53,335 bases of DNA, taken from positions 1-53,335 of the forward strand of contig QPGO01000333.1 of NCBI GenBank assembly GCA_008632985.1, given 5' to 3'. The translations under genes and the position numbers were made by a program. Positions 1-11,784 of this stretch are shown piece by piece; the stretch's first letter is position 1; every line of letters starts with the position of its first letter. Under the pieces are notes generated by a model that was not told where the DNA came from, ran no database searches, and worked only from the letters and a program-made list of their open reading frames with translations. Source of the DNA: Psammoneis japonica. Lineage: Eukaryota.

Positions 1-10
1 AAACGACGCA

Positions 11-1357
11 ATGAACGTTTGGCCTTGTGGGAAAGAGTCAACCTGCAAAGAATCTGTGTTGATCCAACAAGGAATGCGATGCCCATGTCGTGAGAGAGTG
101 GCCTTTGGCCATCAATGCGGACACGAACTCAAAGCCGACGGAAAGCTCAACACACCCAAATGGTCAAATCGATGGCTCTCAGAGCGAGCACACTCAGTTG
201 CAATGCCAAGTCATGAGAACAATGAGACGACATTGAACAACAGCGATTCCAATGATGGAGATTTGTTGTACGACCACAAAGAGACCCAACAACACAGTTC
301 GCCAACCTTGGATGACGACCGGGACATCACCTCAGACGAAGACGACGACAGAACTGTGTCAGGTGATTTGGCGGGAGACAACTGCAACAAAGAGGAACTA
401 ACACCGCATCTTGCCTGCCAAGATTTGACATTCCAAGCATCCAACCTCATTGGGTCAGTTCAAGGCGACCAATCTAACATGGCCGCTCTTTCCTCATTGC
501 TCCAAACAATGGCGGACAGGGCGAGACGCGGGATGAGAATCCACGCTGCCTTCGACACTGCAATGTCAGAAGTTGTTGAAAATCCAGCAGCTGCTCCACT
601 GCCTGGCATCCTACAAGCAATGCCACAAGCAAGCAGCCAAAGATGCAAGAGGTCCCGGCAAGAACTCCGGCGTGATGCGATGCATGCATCAAATGGCTCC
701 AACCGACGTCACGGCACATCGAGCAACCGTTGCTCCATGAGATCTTCCAACGATGGTGAACATCTTCAACCGCCAAAGAAAAGGAAGAACACATGCAGTG
801 CTTGTGCCAAACTGAAGCACACCATCTGCACTTGCCCAAGTCTCCACAAGCACAAGAGACCACCACTGGCACCCGGATCACGACCAGAACGTGAAACGTT
901 GCAGGCCCAGCTTCTGAATCCTCAAGTGTTCCCTGCAATCCCAAGAGCTCAATCGGATGAGCGACTCATTTCTCAATCAACACCCAAAAACATGAGTGGT
1001 GTTGTCATCCATCGATCGCTCTGTTGCACCGAAGACGCTCAAGACACCTGTCTCGAGTGCACATTTCTAGGAACGCGCGCAGAGCCAGACGAAGATTTCA
1101 CCAATGCTTTGTTTGCCACCACTGCCATCGTCACGTTTATGTCAAAAAGCAAAACCAACCATGTCACATGCGAAATGAAGGCAGAATCCGTAGCAAGACT
1201 TGTTCCATTGCCGCCACAACTGAGTCAGCCTGCCGTCTCGGACTCGGGACTCACTCAGCATTCCATCCAAGCGCCTTTTGGGACATTCAGCATTCCATGG
1301 GAATTCACTGGACAGGCCAATTCAGTGACAGATGATGCAACACCCCACCAAGTTTAA
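11..1357 (+). pseudogene. C-terminal part of a Mutator-like (MULE) transposase, 5' end outside the window, TpA-mutated
   Basis: SWIM-type zinc finger CPCRERVAFGHQCGH near the start and CCHC knuckle CSACAKLKHTICTC downstream, the usual MULE C-terminal arrangement; only one Tyr in 448 aa. Confidence 0.6.
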
Positions 1358-2359
1358 AACAATCTAACATGCCAACGACGGAACCCAATCGTCCATTGTT
1401 TGTTGTTTCCAACCAAACACAAAACCAAAAAATTGTTTCCTGGAGAACGCATCTGGATCATTGGCAAACATGCCAAGGTCTGCAAGAGTAGAAATGATCC
1501 GTGATGCACAGAGTGATGCAGAGAAGAAGGTCGAAGAAGCAATTCAGAAAGCAACAATGCGGTCGAGTGTGCAAAGGAAACATGCATGCCGTCATGAATC
1601 GGCCACACACCATTGGTCAAAGTCAACAATGCACCACAAATCCAGCATCATCATTGGATCAAGCGCATCGTGACATGTCCCAGATCGACTGCTGTTGTCG
1701 GGTGATGGAGGTTTTGGCTTGTGACAACAATCATGCAGCAAGCATCGACAGCAATGGAGACATGCACTTCGCGGTGGTGCATTCATTGCATGTGCGCACG
1801 CACGCGGCAGCAGATGATTCGAGTGGGAAAATTCGTGAAGTCCCAATGGAGGCAGCTGCGTGATTTCTACGTTGGTTTGTGCCAGGAAGAGGAACGGGAT
1901 GTCATTCAACAAGGTCATTTCTTAGCGACTCTCGCAACAATTTGGAGCACTGCAGTGTGTGCCAGCATCATTTGGGCCATGGCATAAAAGACAATGACTG
2001 AAAAGAAATCGGGTTGAATGATTTGTTGCACGCAATGCTCAGTGCAAATTGCGCGGGAGCGGTGGGAAGGATTCATGAGAACGGATGGCCGACAGGCGTG
2101 GTGAGGATTTGGTGAGGATTTCTGTGGTGAGGAATTAGTGACTCTCAACAGAGAGTCCTTGCCGAGTCGCACGACTTGTGATCGTGCGTGATCGGCACGC
2201 GCGGGTGCACGTCATCATCTCTTCAAGTGAAGCCGCAAGCTCCGAAGTCGCACGACAAGAGCGGCGACCATGTCGCACGGGTTGTTCGAAGCAGCTTCGC
2301 GTCTTGAGTTTGAATCAAAACCAGCAAGCACAAAATGAAGAAAGAACCAAACAACTTCA

Positions 2360-3950
2360 GTGGAAATGCCAAGGGCTCCTCGCCGCCACAATGGACATCG
2401 CCGCCGTGCTGCAACGAGGCGCACTCCTCACCGGCACAGAAACCATGCACTTCCCGCCGGCGGTCAATCTTTGCTGCGCACTTGCCATTTGCTTTGGTCC
2501 ACATCCCTGAAAGGAGTCATTCATTGGACGGCATTTCTCGCCATTTTTCTTCTTGTCATCAATCATGAGCATGACCTGGCAGATTTGGATTTGGGAGAAG
2601 AAGCATTGGACGATGAACAACCCTTCAATTTTGCTGCAGCACACTTGTTGACAGCTTTGGTTGCTTGTCGTCATCTCGCAGATCATTGGGCAAGGCAAGA
2701 TGCAGCCCTTGCTGACATTCCATTCCAAGAAGAGCTTGAAATGGATCCAAGCTTTGAGCGAGTTAGACACCGGCCAATCGACAACTGCTCCAGTGCATGG
2801 CTCAAGATTTGTGCACGGTTTGACCGTGAGCAGGTGCACCGCCTGCATGCGCTTTTTGGTTTGCCACAAGCTGCAAGAGTTCCAGCAACCGGCAACAAAG
2901 CACATGTGTTTGGAGGTGAAGATCTGTTTTTGTTTTCCTTGACAAAGATTGCGGCTGGACTCGACAACGTCAAATTGTGCGAAGGTTTCTTTGGCGGCGA
3001 TGCCAGGCGGTGGTCACATGGATGCCCTTGGTTCCTTCGGCATGCTGAGCATCGGTTTGGGCATCTCTTGGACAGAAACAGTCTTGAGCGATGGGTGGAT
3101 GACTTTCCATGATTTGCGGCTGCAATTGAACAAAAATTGGCTGCACCTTCACGTTGGACAAATCCATTGAATGATGTGCAGCGTTTGGTGCTGGGTTTGC
3201 GGTTTCCGAATGGTGTGTTCAACATGTTTGGATTCATGGACTGCTCCATCTTTGAGATGGAGACCCCAGGAACAGGTCCCATTGGAGATTGGATCGATGT
3301 GCCCCGAAAGCCAAACGCCTGCGACTTGCAGCGTTCAGTGCACATGCGGCATGAAAAATTGCATGGCACAAAGGTCCTCAGCATGGTCTTGCCCAATGGA
3401 ATCTCTTTTGTTTGGGGACCAGTGTCAGCTCAAAGGCAAGCATTTGCTCCCATTTGCAGTGATGAGTTGCAAGCAATGTCCAACCAGCGCATTTGCATCT
3501 GTCGTCTGTTGAATTGTCAGAGCCGATGCCAGGCTTCAAGAACTCAGCGGCATCAACAATTGCTTGTTGCAGCTCCAACAAGGCCGTTTTCCAAATGGGA
3601 AAGTCCATGCAGTTTATGCTGACAAAGGTTTTATGGCCATGCAATGTGTCAGACAGGTGCATCGACCTGCCCAAGGTGCCCCGCTTACACCAATCCAAAT
3701 TCTGCAGAACTTTCGGATGAAATGTGTTCGCATTGCAGTTGAGTGGAGCTGTGGTGTGGTGGCAAATTTGTTCAGGGTGTGTCGTACATTCAGTGATTGG
3801 AAGCTGTGTTGTGAGCATCCATGTGCATGTGATCAATTGAGGGTTTCATTTTTGCTGGCCAATTGCTGCACTTGTTTCAATCACAATCAAATTAGCAGCA
3901 TGGGCACCTTCGGTCTTTCGCCACCAACGGTCCAAGAGCACCTGCAGTGA
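2360..3950 (+). pseudogene. Harbinger/HARBI1-like DDE transposase, disrupted
   Basis: Motifs FGFMDCS, HGTKVLSMVLPNG..GPVS, YADKGF, RIAVEWSCG, LLANCCTCFNHNQIS; in-frame TGA at 3110-3112 (likely CGA->TGA) and a frameshift near 3500. Confidence 0.85.
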
Positions 3951-4099
3951 ACAACACAGACACACTTTCACAGTTCATGTGTTGATTGTCTGGAGAATGA
4001 GTGCTTTCCAGAGGTCCATCATGTTTTGTTTCAACACCTCTGGCGGATCGGAACCCTCATTGACTTGTCCAAACAACCCTGCAGTTGTGCGTCAAAAAA

Positions 4100-5156
4100 A
4101 ATCCCAGCGCATTTTGCTCAACAAGGCGTTGCTTTAGAAGCACTTGGAATTGTGGGACAATCAATGGCAGCAACATTGTCTGCGGATCGAGAACGTTCCA
4201 ATGGCGTTGCTTTTGTTTTCACACCTTGAGTGCAACCAAATCGGCACTCATGTGTCCTGCTGACCCCGCACTTGCGCGCCCAAATCCCAGTGCGTTTGGC
4301 TCAAGTGGGCGTTGCTTTAGAAGAACTTAAAATTGTGACACAATCAACAGCAGCAACATTGTCTGCGGATTGAGAGCGTTCCAATGGTGTCACTTTTGTT
4401 TTCACACCTCAAGCACAACCAAATCAGTGTTCATGTGTCCCACCGACCCCGCACTTGCGCGCCCAAATCCCAGCGCGTTTTGCTCAAGCAGGCGTTGCTT
4501 TAGAAGAACTTAAAATTATGACACAATCAATGGCAGCAACATTGTCTACAGAGTGACAGCTTTCCAATGGCGTTGCTTTTGTTTTCACACCTCAAGCACA
4601 ACCGAATCAGCATTCATGCATCCCACTGACCCCGCACTTGCGCGCCCAAATCCCAACGCGTTTTGCTCAAGCAGGCGTTGCTTTAGAAGAGCTTAAAATT
4701 GTGACACACAATCAATGGCAGTGACATCATCTACAGAGTGACAGCGTTTTAATGGCGCTGCTTTTGTTTTCATGCCTCAAGCACAACCGAATCAGCACTC
4801 ATGTGTCCTGCCGACCCCGCACTTGCGCGCCCAAATGTTGCAGCGCGTTTTGCTCAAGTAGGCATTGCTTTAGAAGAACTTAAAATTATGACACAATCAA
4901 CAGCACTGACATTGTCTACAGAGTGACAGCGTTCCAATGGCGTTGCTTTTGTTTTCACACCTCAAGCACAACCGAATCAGTGTTCATGTGTCCTGCCGAC
5001 CCCGCACTTGCGTGCCCAAATCCCAGTGCGTTTTGCTCAAGTGGGCGTTGCTTTAGAAGAACTTAAAATTGTGACACAATCAACAGCACTGACATTGTCT
5101 GCAGAGTGAGAGCGTTCCAATGGTGTTGCCTTTGTTTTCACACCTCATGCACATCC
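4100..5156. repeat. Tandem array of ~5.8 copies of a ~183-bp unit
   Basis: GC(G/A)TTGCTTTAGAAG recurs at ~4126, 4309, 4492, 4675, 4862 and 5045 with the intervening sequence conserved. Confidence 0.95.
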
Positions 5157-5293
5157 AATCTTGTGGCCTCCCACAGGTCGCATGCCAAAGTCAGACGGGC
5201 CATTGAAAACACACTGTTTGATCAATGACATGAACTTGCTAAACATGAATTAAATCTGAGCCAACAATGGAAAGAAACCAATCATTTGGAACT

Positions 5294-6391
5294 TCATTTT
5301 GTGGATGGTTTGGTGGTGGCATTGGATTCGGCAGGCTTTTTGCCCAAAGACGAAAAAACTTCCTCAGACATGGCTCCATGGAAAGCACTTGGACGCTCGT
5401 CCTTTTCTCCACTTTTTTCCACATCGCTCTTGAGCATGTGCAGCTCCCGCAATGTTTCCACATCCAACTTGCGCTTCTTGGATGCTTGCAGCTCAGGGGA
5501 GCCGAAGGCCATTCCACTTGACAGATTTGAAAACAAGGATTCAGCCCCTTTCTGGGCGTCCTCCAAATTCGTTACAAAATCCCTTGACCGACTGTCTCCA
5601 CTTGCTGATCCATCCAGGCGCCCAACAGTTGCAACTGTGGTTGGCTCAATGTCACGGCCACAGGCTGAGTGCTTGCCTCCATTGAATGGAGCTGGAGGTG
5701 TGAGACCAAGCTCTGACTCACACCTCTCGTTTGTTGCTTTTCTTGCTGCTGCTTTGTTGCGCTCCTCTTTAGCCTCATCTTTCTTTGCTGCCTGTGCTGA
5801 AAGCCTTGCTTCATTGAGAGTCTTTGCCAGCACCTCACATCCTGTCGCATCCTTCTCAGCTCCTTTCGCCTCCTTTGCATCACACTTTGCGGCCAAAACA
5901 CGAACTCTTTTGAGATTTGCTTCGCGCCAATTGCGAATTTTGCTTGGTGCCTCTGGCGGAAGACAGCCTCTTGCTGGTCCTTTAACAGGATCGTAGAACA
6001 AGTGGAAAATCTCCTCCCATTTTGGATCGCTCTCACCCGCTGGCATTGGCAAGTGGGCATTTCGTGTGCTGATCAATGTCAAGAGATCCCAACAGAGCTC
6101 TTGATTGACCTCTTTTGCAAGGTTTGGCAGGTGACTCTTTCCCAGCAATGCCTCAATGTCAGCCTCCTTTGGGATGTTTGGAGCCTCCAACAAAGGTTCT
6201 CTGCCAGCAATGTTGTTGCACGCGGAGGGCTTCACCCCAACAATTGTCACATCCCCAGCGGTGCAATCCCCCTCTCCGGTGGCATGCCCAGTTGGTGGAG
6301 AGTTTTCATCTCCAACACCAAGTTTGTCTGGATGTTGCATCAGAGCATCAAGAGCACTTTCGAAGTCGCAGGTTGTCTTTTTCTCTGCCAT
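5294..6391 (-). CDS. Harbinger second ORF (putative Myb/SANT-like DNA-binding protein), 365 aa, TpA-mutated
   Basis: Inside the TIRs, convergent with the transposase; trihelix-like segment LLTLISTRNAHL...KWEEIFHLF followed by a charged coiled-coil region. Confidence 0.55.
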   Translation of the reverse strand: MAEKKTTCDFESALDALMQHPDKLGVGDENSPPTGHATGEGDCTAGDVTIVGVKPSACNNIAGREPLLEAPNIPKEADIEALLGKSHLPNLAKEVNQELCWDLLTLISTRNAHLPMPAGESDPKWEEIFHLFYDPVKGPARGCLPPEAPSKIRNWREANLKRVRVLAAKCDAKEAKGAEKDATGCEVLAKTLNEARLSAQAAKKDEAKEERNKAAARKATNERCESELGLTPPAPFNGGKHSACGRDIEPTTVATVGRLDGSASGDSRSRDFVTNLEDAQKGAESLFSNLSSGMAFGSPELQASKKRKLDVETLRELHMLKSDVEKSGEKDERPSAFHGAMSEEVFSSLGKKPAESNATTKPSTK

Positions 6392-7397
6392 GGTGCCGGT
6401 GTCATCTCATGGCCCATCAACGCCGGTGTGTGTTTTTGAGTGCTTTTGTTCTTTGGAGGCAAGTCGGAGGCGAGGGTTCTCGAACAAGTCGCGCGAGCAC
6501 CTTGCGCGAAGATTGCGCAGAAGACATGCCACAGATGTTCCGACACTGCACGACTTCAAGTGCTGAAAATCGGCTCGCAAGTCATGTGATCGGCAAAATC
6601 ACGCAACTTCAGTGGACTTTGCATGGCTTTGCGAGGCTGCCCACCAGCTAAATTAATTGAGAGTTTCTCTGAAGTTGCGCGAGAACAAGTCGCACGACTC
6701 GGCAAGGAAGGACTCTCCAATCACTGAATGTTGAGACCCTGTCCAAACACTGTCATGCGTGTGATCACACCTGACGTCGTGGCGCCCAAAATGAGCCTCT
6801 TTGAAAAAATTGGTGGTCATCAGCCCTGTGCATGACGTAATTTTAGGCCACACCAACTTTCATGAGGATGTTCTCGCGAGAACAGACTTCCTCGGAAACA
6901 TCACACCCAAACATCATTCCCCACCGACGAAACACGAAAACAACTGATGTGCATCGTTTTTTGATGCGGCCAAAGCGCATGTGGCTGCACATCACACGAG
7001 GCAACCACATGAGACCATGCATGAGCCTCTTGTTGTCTTTGGGGGGCTTTGTGTGCCATTCTGGACTCTTCTGACACAACCATTTTGCCAAGCAGTTTCT
7101 TAAAATAAGTTCATGTCATGCACTCTTACAGACAACTGATTTAGCCACAAGTCACACACAAGCATGATTTTTTATCAATGGGTGTCCTTTGCATGGCTTG
7201 TTGTCGCCTTGTGGTTGCGTTCTCGTCATCATGGTCATGTCGTTCTCGTCGTGTTGTTATCGCTGGTTCATTCATGTTGTATCTGGTGTTGCTTCGCGCA
7301 CTGTAAGTTTGAATCATTCGATTGATGTCCATGAGGTACGATCACAATAGTCTGGGAACCTGCGCACCGGTGCGAATGTGTTTGGACAGAACATTGC

Positions 7398-8733
7398 TGT
7401 GGAGGTAGACGGAAAGAATGCAACCCTGGGTACAACTGCGCAGGGTCTAGCACTTCTTCTACAGGGTCACCAGGAAAGCACAGACACCGACTTCCGCTAC
7501 ATCAACCTGCAGCACCCTCCAAGACGCGCAGCTGCGAAGACAACCAAAAAAGAAAACGATCGCGACAATGGCCTCCCTTGCGTCGCTGATGTCCACATCT
7601 ATTTTTGCCGCATTTTCCCGTTTCTTTTCGCAGCATTCGGAGCTTTTATACAAGCAACATGATGGGCTAGTGGTGCTGGCGTTGAGTTCAATCCGTCGAG
7701 GCGGATTTGTCGCTGAAGGTGCAGTGCAGAAATTGTGAGAATGCAGCATCAACATGACGGATTTTTGTGACACACCATTGCATCTTTGGTGTTGTTTCTC
7801 ACTTCTTGTCATCATTTTGACGCATGTGCCACAAGGTGTCCACGGGGCTTGGGTTTTTATGGTGCTGACTTTCTCTTCGGAACTCATCGTTGAACAATCA
7901 AAATTGAGCTGCCACTGGAATTTATGGTGAAGAGTTGGCGGCGGTGACATCTCAACATCCCTTGGGCCGATTTTCGCGATTCTTGTTTCGTTGTTGATGG
8001 AAATTGTACAAGGAATCCAAGAGGCTTGGTTTTGTTGTGCAAAATTCCATTCTGTGCAGATGGATTTATTGGATGCCGTGCGCACAGAAATGATGCTTCA
8101 ATTGGAAGGGGCGCTCCAGCGATGTTGTGGATTGAACAAGGAAGAATGAAGCCCTAGACACGCACTGCATGTAACAAGAATGTTGAACATGAATGTCAAA
8201 CATGGCACGGGGTTTTTTACGTCAGTTGATCGTGTCGGGTTGCCTTGATTTGACAGAACATTCCACGGCACCAACCGGTTTGACATGCAGCTGGAAATCG
8301 GCTTCCTCCAGTGTTCCAACCAATTTGACCTTGCTTGCATGGGCAAGCTGTTGTCGCCTGGTTCGGGCGTTCCATGCGCCTTTAGACCCATCCACCACGA
8401 CATCGTTGGGGGTTGTTTGAATGGCCTCTGGTTGGTGAAGTCTTGTTCACATTGACAAGTCACCCCGCCAAGAAATAACATGAGTGCTATCAAGGTTGGC
8501 TTGTAATGCTTTTTAGACGGCATGGTCTCGGTTGTATTGTTGCATAAATCTATCAAAAACGCGACGTACCATGCAACAACCCGGTTGTTTCGATACGGGA
8601 AAAATTCCCGTGCTTCCTCCACAAGAACACGGAAGATACGATCGCTGAAGTGGGGTAACGGTCAGTACAATGTGTAGAATTCAACGGAGAAATACTACGG
8701 AATACAACATGGGTTGTATTCCCGGGATAATGT
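7398..8733 (-). mobile_element. Crypton copy A, internally deleted derivative
   Basis: 7398-8209 aligns with 8731-9549 and ~8212-8733 aligns with ~11268-11784; about 1.7 kb covering most of the recombinase gene is missing. Confidence 0.8.
8212..8523 (-). pseudogene. N-terminal ~100 codons of the Crypton tyrosine recombinase
   Basis: MPSKKHYKPTLIALMLFLGG...SNQGNPTRSTDV is a paralog of the start of 9616..11583. Confidence 0.85.
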
Positions 8734-11700
8734 GGAGGTAGCCGGAAAGAATACAACTCTGGGTGCAACTGTGTAGGTTCTAGTACTTTTCCTACGTTGT
8801 AGGTTGAGAACTCGAGCATCACCAGTGAAGCACAGACACCGACTTCCGCTACATCAACCTGCAGCACCCTCCAAGACGCGCAGCGGCGAAGACAACCACA
8901 AAAGAAAAAGATCGCGACAATGGCCTACTTTGCGTCGCTGATATCTATATCTATTTTTGCCGTATTTTCCCGTTTCTTTTCGCAGTATTCGGAGCTTTTA
9001 TACAAGGAATATGATGGGCTAGTGGAGCTGGCGTTGAATTCATTCCATCGAGGCGGATTTGTCGCTGAAGGTACCACACAGAAATTGTGAGAATTGAGCA
9101 TCAACATGACGGATTTTTGTGATATTGTAATGCATCTTTGGTGTTGTTTCTCACTTCTTGTCATTATTTTGACGTTTGTGATATAAGGTGTCTATAGGGC
9201 TTGGTTTTATTCCGTACTGACTTGCTCCTCGGAACTTATCGTTGAATAATCAAAATTGCGTTTCAATTGGATTTGATGATCAAGAGTTGGCGGCGGTGAT
9301 ATCTAAACATCCCTTTGGCCGATATTCGCGGTTCTTGTTTCATTTTCAACGGTACTTCTACAATGAATCCGACAGGCCTGGTTTTATTGTGCAAAATTTC
9401 ATTCCATGGAGATGGATTTATTGGATGTCGATTGACACCCAAATGCTGCTTCAATTGGAAGGGACGCTACAGTAATGTTTTGGATTGAAAGAGGAATAAT
9501 GAAGACCTAGACATGTATGACATGTAACATGAATATTAAATATGGTATGTAATACAAACAAACATGAACTGACATGGAATGCAATCGCCGTCTGACCCCT
9601 TCTTTCTTTCTGCCACTAAACCTGCAGCAATGGACTCAGACGGTTGTTGCGCTTGTCTTGTTTCAATGCATTGATAATCTGAGTCACTGGTTTTGCTGCA
9701 CCATAAACCTGATACACGCGATCACAAGCTACCTGGGCACTCAATCCAGCTCGGACAAGCCCAGCCACCACGTCCCATAGAACCTTCCTTCTGTGGTACT
9801 TGTGCTTGACTCGACCGCGCTCCTCTCTGGTAAAGTCTCGTGCTGCTTTCCTGCCACCAATTCCATTCTCATACTCTTGCCACAGAATGTGAACAGTCCT
9901 TGGATTAGGGCTCAGGGTGCTCTCATAAGGGACATGATTTGGATTATTATTGTTGTTTGCACCTTGCTGAGGCGGGACGTTTCCTGCCGCTTGTTGGTTA
10001 CCCTCTTGGTTTCGTACAACTCTAAATGCCGGCTGGGAAGCAAGGCGTCGCATATTGCGTTCTACATTTGCAAGTCGGCGCTCCAGCTGTGCATGACGAT
10101 CATCGGAGCTGGCTTTGAGCTCCTCTACGACGCGACGCAATGACCTCACCTCGGAGTGCATCGCGAGCAATAGATTTCGATCGGCAAGCCCGCGGCCGGC
10201 TGCGACGCCCCCATTCTGAGCGCCATTCCCCCCATCATCAACATCCACCACTTCATTGAAATATACCTCGGCATCTTCACCAGTCACCACCATCAATACT
10301 TTTTTAATTGGGTTCTCGCCAATCGGCAGTTGACGCACTCCATTGCATGCTTGGAGAATGCGCTCTCTCAGATGTTGCGGAAGGCACTCGCTTTCCTCTG
10401 AAAAAGCAAACCACAGCAGTGCTTTCCCAAGCACCAAAGCAATCTCAGAACCAAATTTGTTGTTTATTGCCGGCACTGCATGCTCCAATAAAAAATCATT
10501 TGAAACTCCAGCCCCCTCCTTGACAATGTATTTGCACGGGCCTCCAACACAGAGTGCCGAGGCAACCTTGGCATCCGGCCACGGCAACTCTACATCATCA
10601 TACAAATCCGACATGCGCTTGGATATTTTCCAACGGCCACGACAGTCCTTCTCGTCTTTTTGGCACCCGTTTTTGCGGGCACGCGTTGAGCCATATTTTC
10701 TGTTGCTGTGCGAGCCAACCAGTCCTTTGGTGCTTCCTGTTGCAGCAACAAATTCTGGATGAATGTATGCTTCGTTTGCGAGTGTCTTGGTGACTGCATC
10801 CTTCACCTTTTCTCCTCCTTCTGGCACACGAAGGTCATCGGTTAATCCAAAAATGTGAGGTGTGCGTTCTGCGGCACCTCCTGCACCATGGAACACTTCT
10901 AGCCAAATTGCCAAGCCAAGCAAAGAACAAAACTGTGGGTCCATTGCCCCAATGAGAATTTGGTTTGGGGCATCTCTTTCTTCCAGACAGTTCTTTGACC
11001 AATTTAGCCTTGCCCGTAGCGTAAAGTCATTGGCTGGATGGGGGGTGAAATTCTCATTGAGGAACTGCGTGCAATCGTCGATTCGACCAATCATGTGAAC
11101 CTGAAACCGGAACAAGCTTGGCATGAGATGCTTTCGCAGCATGGAATTGGTCTGGTTTTCCTCGAGCATTTTGATTTGAGCCCGGTGCTCCTCGTCTTTC
11201 AATGGTCGTCTCTTTTTTGACGGCGCACCCCTGTTCCGAGTTTCCTCTTTCTTGACCTTTTTGATGAGTTCGTTTACGTCGGTTGATCGTGTCGGGTTGC
11301 CTTGGTTTGATTGAACATTCCACAGCATCAACCGGTTTGGCATGTAGCTGGAAATCGCCTTCTTCCAGCATTCCAACGAACTTGACCTTGCTTGCTTGGG
11401 CAAGTCGTCATCGCCTGGTTCGGGCGTTCCATGCGCCTTTAGATTCATCCACCGCTTGACATCGTCGGGGGTCATTTGAAGCAGCCTCTGGTTGGTGAAC
11501 TCTTGTTCATGCTGATGAGTCACCCCATCAAGAAATGACATGAGTGCCATCAAGGTTGGCTTGCAATCATTTTTAGACGGCATGGTCTTCGTTGTATTGT
11601 TGCATAAATCGATCAGAAACGCGACGTACCATGCAACAAATCGGTTGTTTCAATGCGGAAAAAACTCCCGTGAAAAACACGGAAGGTACGGTTGCTGAAG

Positions 11701-11784
11701 AGGGGGCAACGGTCAGTGCAATGTGTAGAATTCAACGGGGAAATACTACGGAATACAACATGGGTTGTATTCCCGGGATAATGT
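8731..11784 (-). mobile_element. Crypton (CryptonS-like) copy B, full length
   Basis: Single intronless YR plus GCR1_C ORF; ends defined by alignment with copy A; no long TIR or LTR of its own. Confidence 0.85.
9616..11583 (-). CDS. Crypton tyrosine recombinase with C-terminal GCR1_C-like DNA-binding domain, 655 aa
   Basis: Candidate catalytic set MIGRIDD (R), WSKN (K), HSNRK (HxxR), GRWK (W), DLYDD (Y); C-terminal LSPNPRTVHILWQEYENGIGGRKAARDF...YHRRKVLWD is GCR1_C-like. Confidence 0.9.
   Translation of the reverse strand: MPSKNDCKPTLMALMSFLDGVTHQHEQEFTNQRLLQMTPDDVKRWMNLKAHGTPEPGDDDLPKQARSSSLECWKKAISSYMPNRLMLWNVQSNQGNPTRSTDVNELIKKVKKEETRNRGAPSKKRRPLKDEEHRAQIKMLEENQTNSMLRKHLMPSLFRFQVHMIGRIDDCTQFLNENFTPHPANDFTLRARLNWSKNCLEERDAPNQILIGAMDPQFCSLLGLAIWLEVFHGAGGAAERTPHIFGLTDDLRVPEGGEKVKDAVTKTLANEAYIHPEFVAATGSTKGLVGSHSNRKYGSTRARKNGCQKDEKDCRGRWKISKRMSDLYDDVELPWPDAKVASALCVGGPCKYIVKEGAGVSNDFLLEHAVPAINNKFGSEIALVLGKALLWFAFSEESECLPQHLRERILQACNGVRQLPIGENPIKKVLMVVTGEDAEVYFNEVVDVDDGGNGAQNGGVAAGRGLADRNLLLAMHSEVRSLRRVVEELKASSDDRHAQLERRLANVERNMRRLASQPAFRVVRNQEGNQQAAGNVPPQQGANNNNNPNHVPYESTLSPNPRTVHILWQEYENGIGGRKAARDFTREERGRVKHKYHRRKVLWDVVAGLVRAGLSAQVACDRVYQVYGAAKPVTQIINALKQDKRNNRLSPLLQV

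Larger units (their letters stand above)
2151..6717 (+). mobile_element. PIF/Harbinger DNA transposon (two convergent ORFs, ~30-bp TIRs)
   Basis: Left GAGAGTCCTTGCCGAGTCGCACGACTTGT (2151-2179) matches the reverse complement of 6685-6717 apart from a 4-bp CCTT duplication and a CA/TG pair; repeated subterminal GTCGCACGAC motifs; encloses a DDE nuclease and a second ORF; TSD not resolved. Confidence 0.8.

Noticed and set aside
2100..2157. GTGAGGATTT repeats and GACTCTC-AACA-GAGAGTC hairpin as the MULE right end
   Set aside because: The left end is outside the window, so TIR and TSD cannot be tested
4100..5156. CRISPR array
   Set aside because: Whole 183-bp units repeat with no unique spacers; no cas genes; eukaryotic context
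9616..11583. Prophage or bacterial integrase / contamination
   Set aside because: GCR1_C-like tail, eukaryotic TE neighbours and absence of phage genes indicate a Crypton
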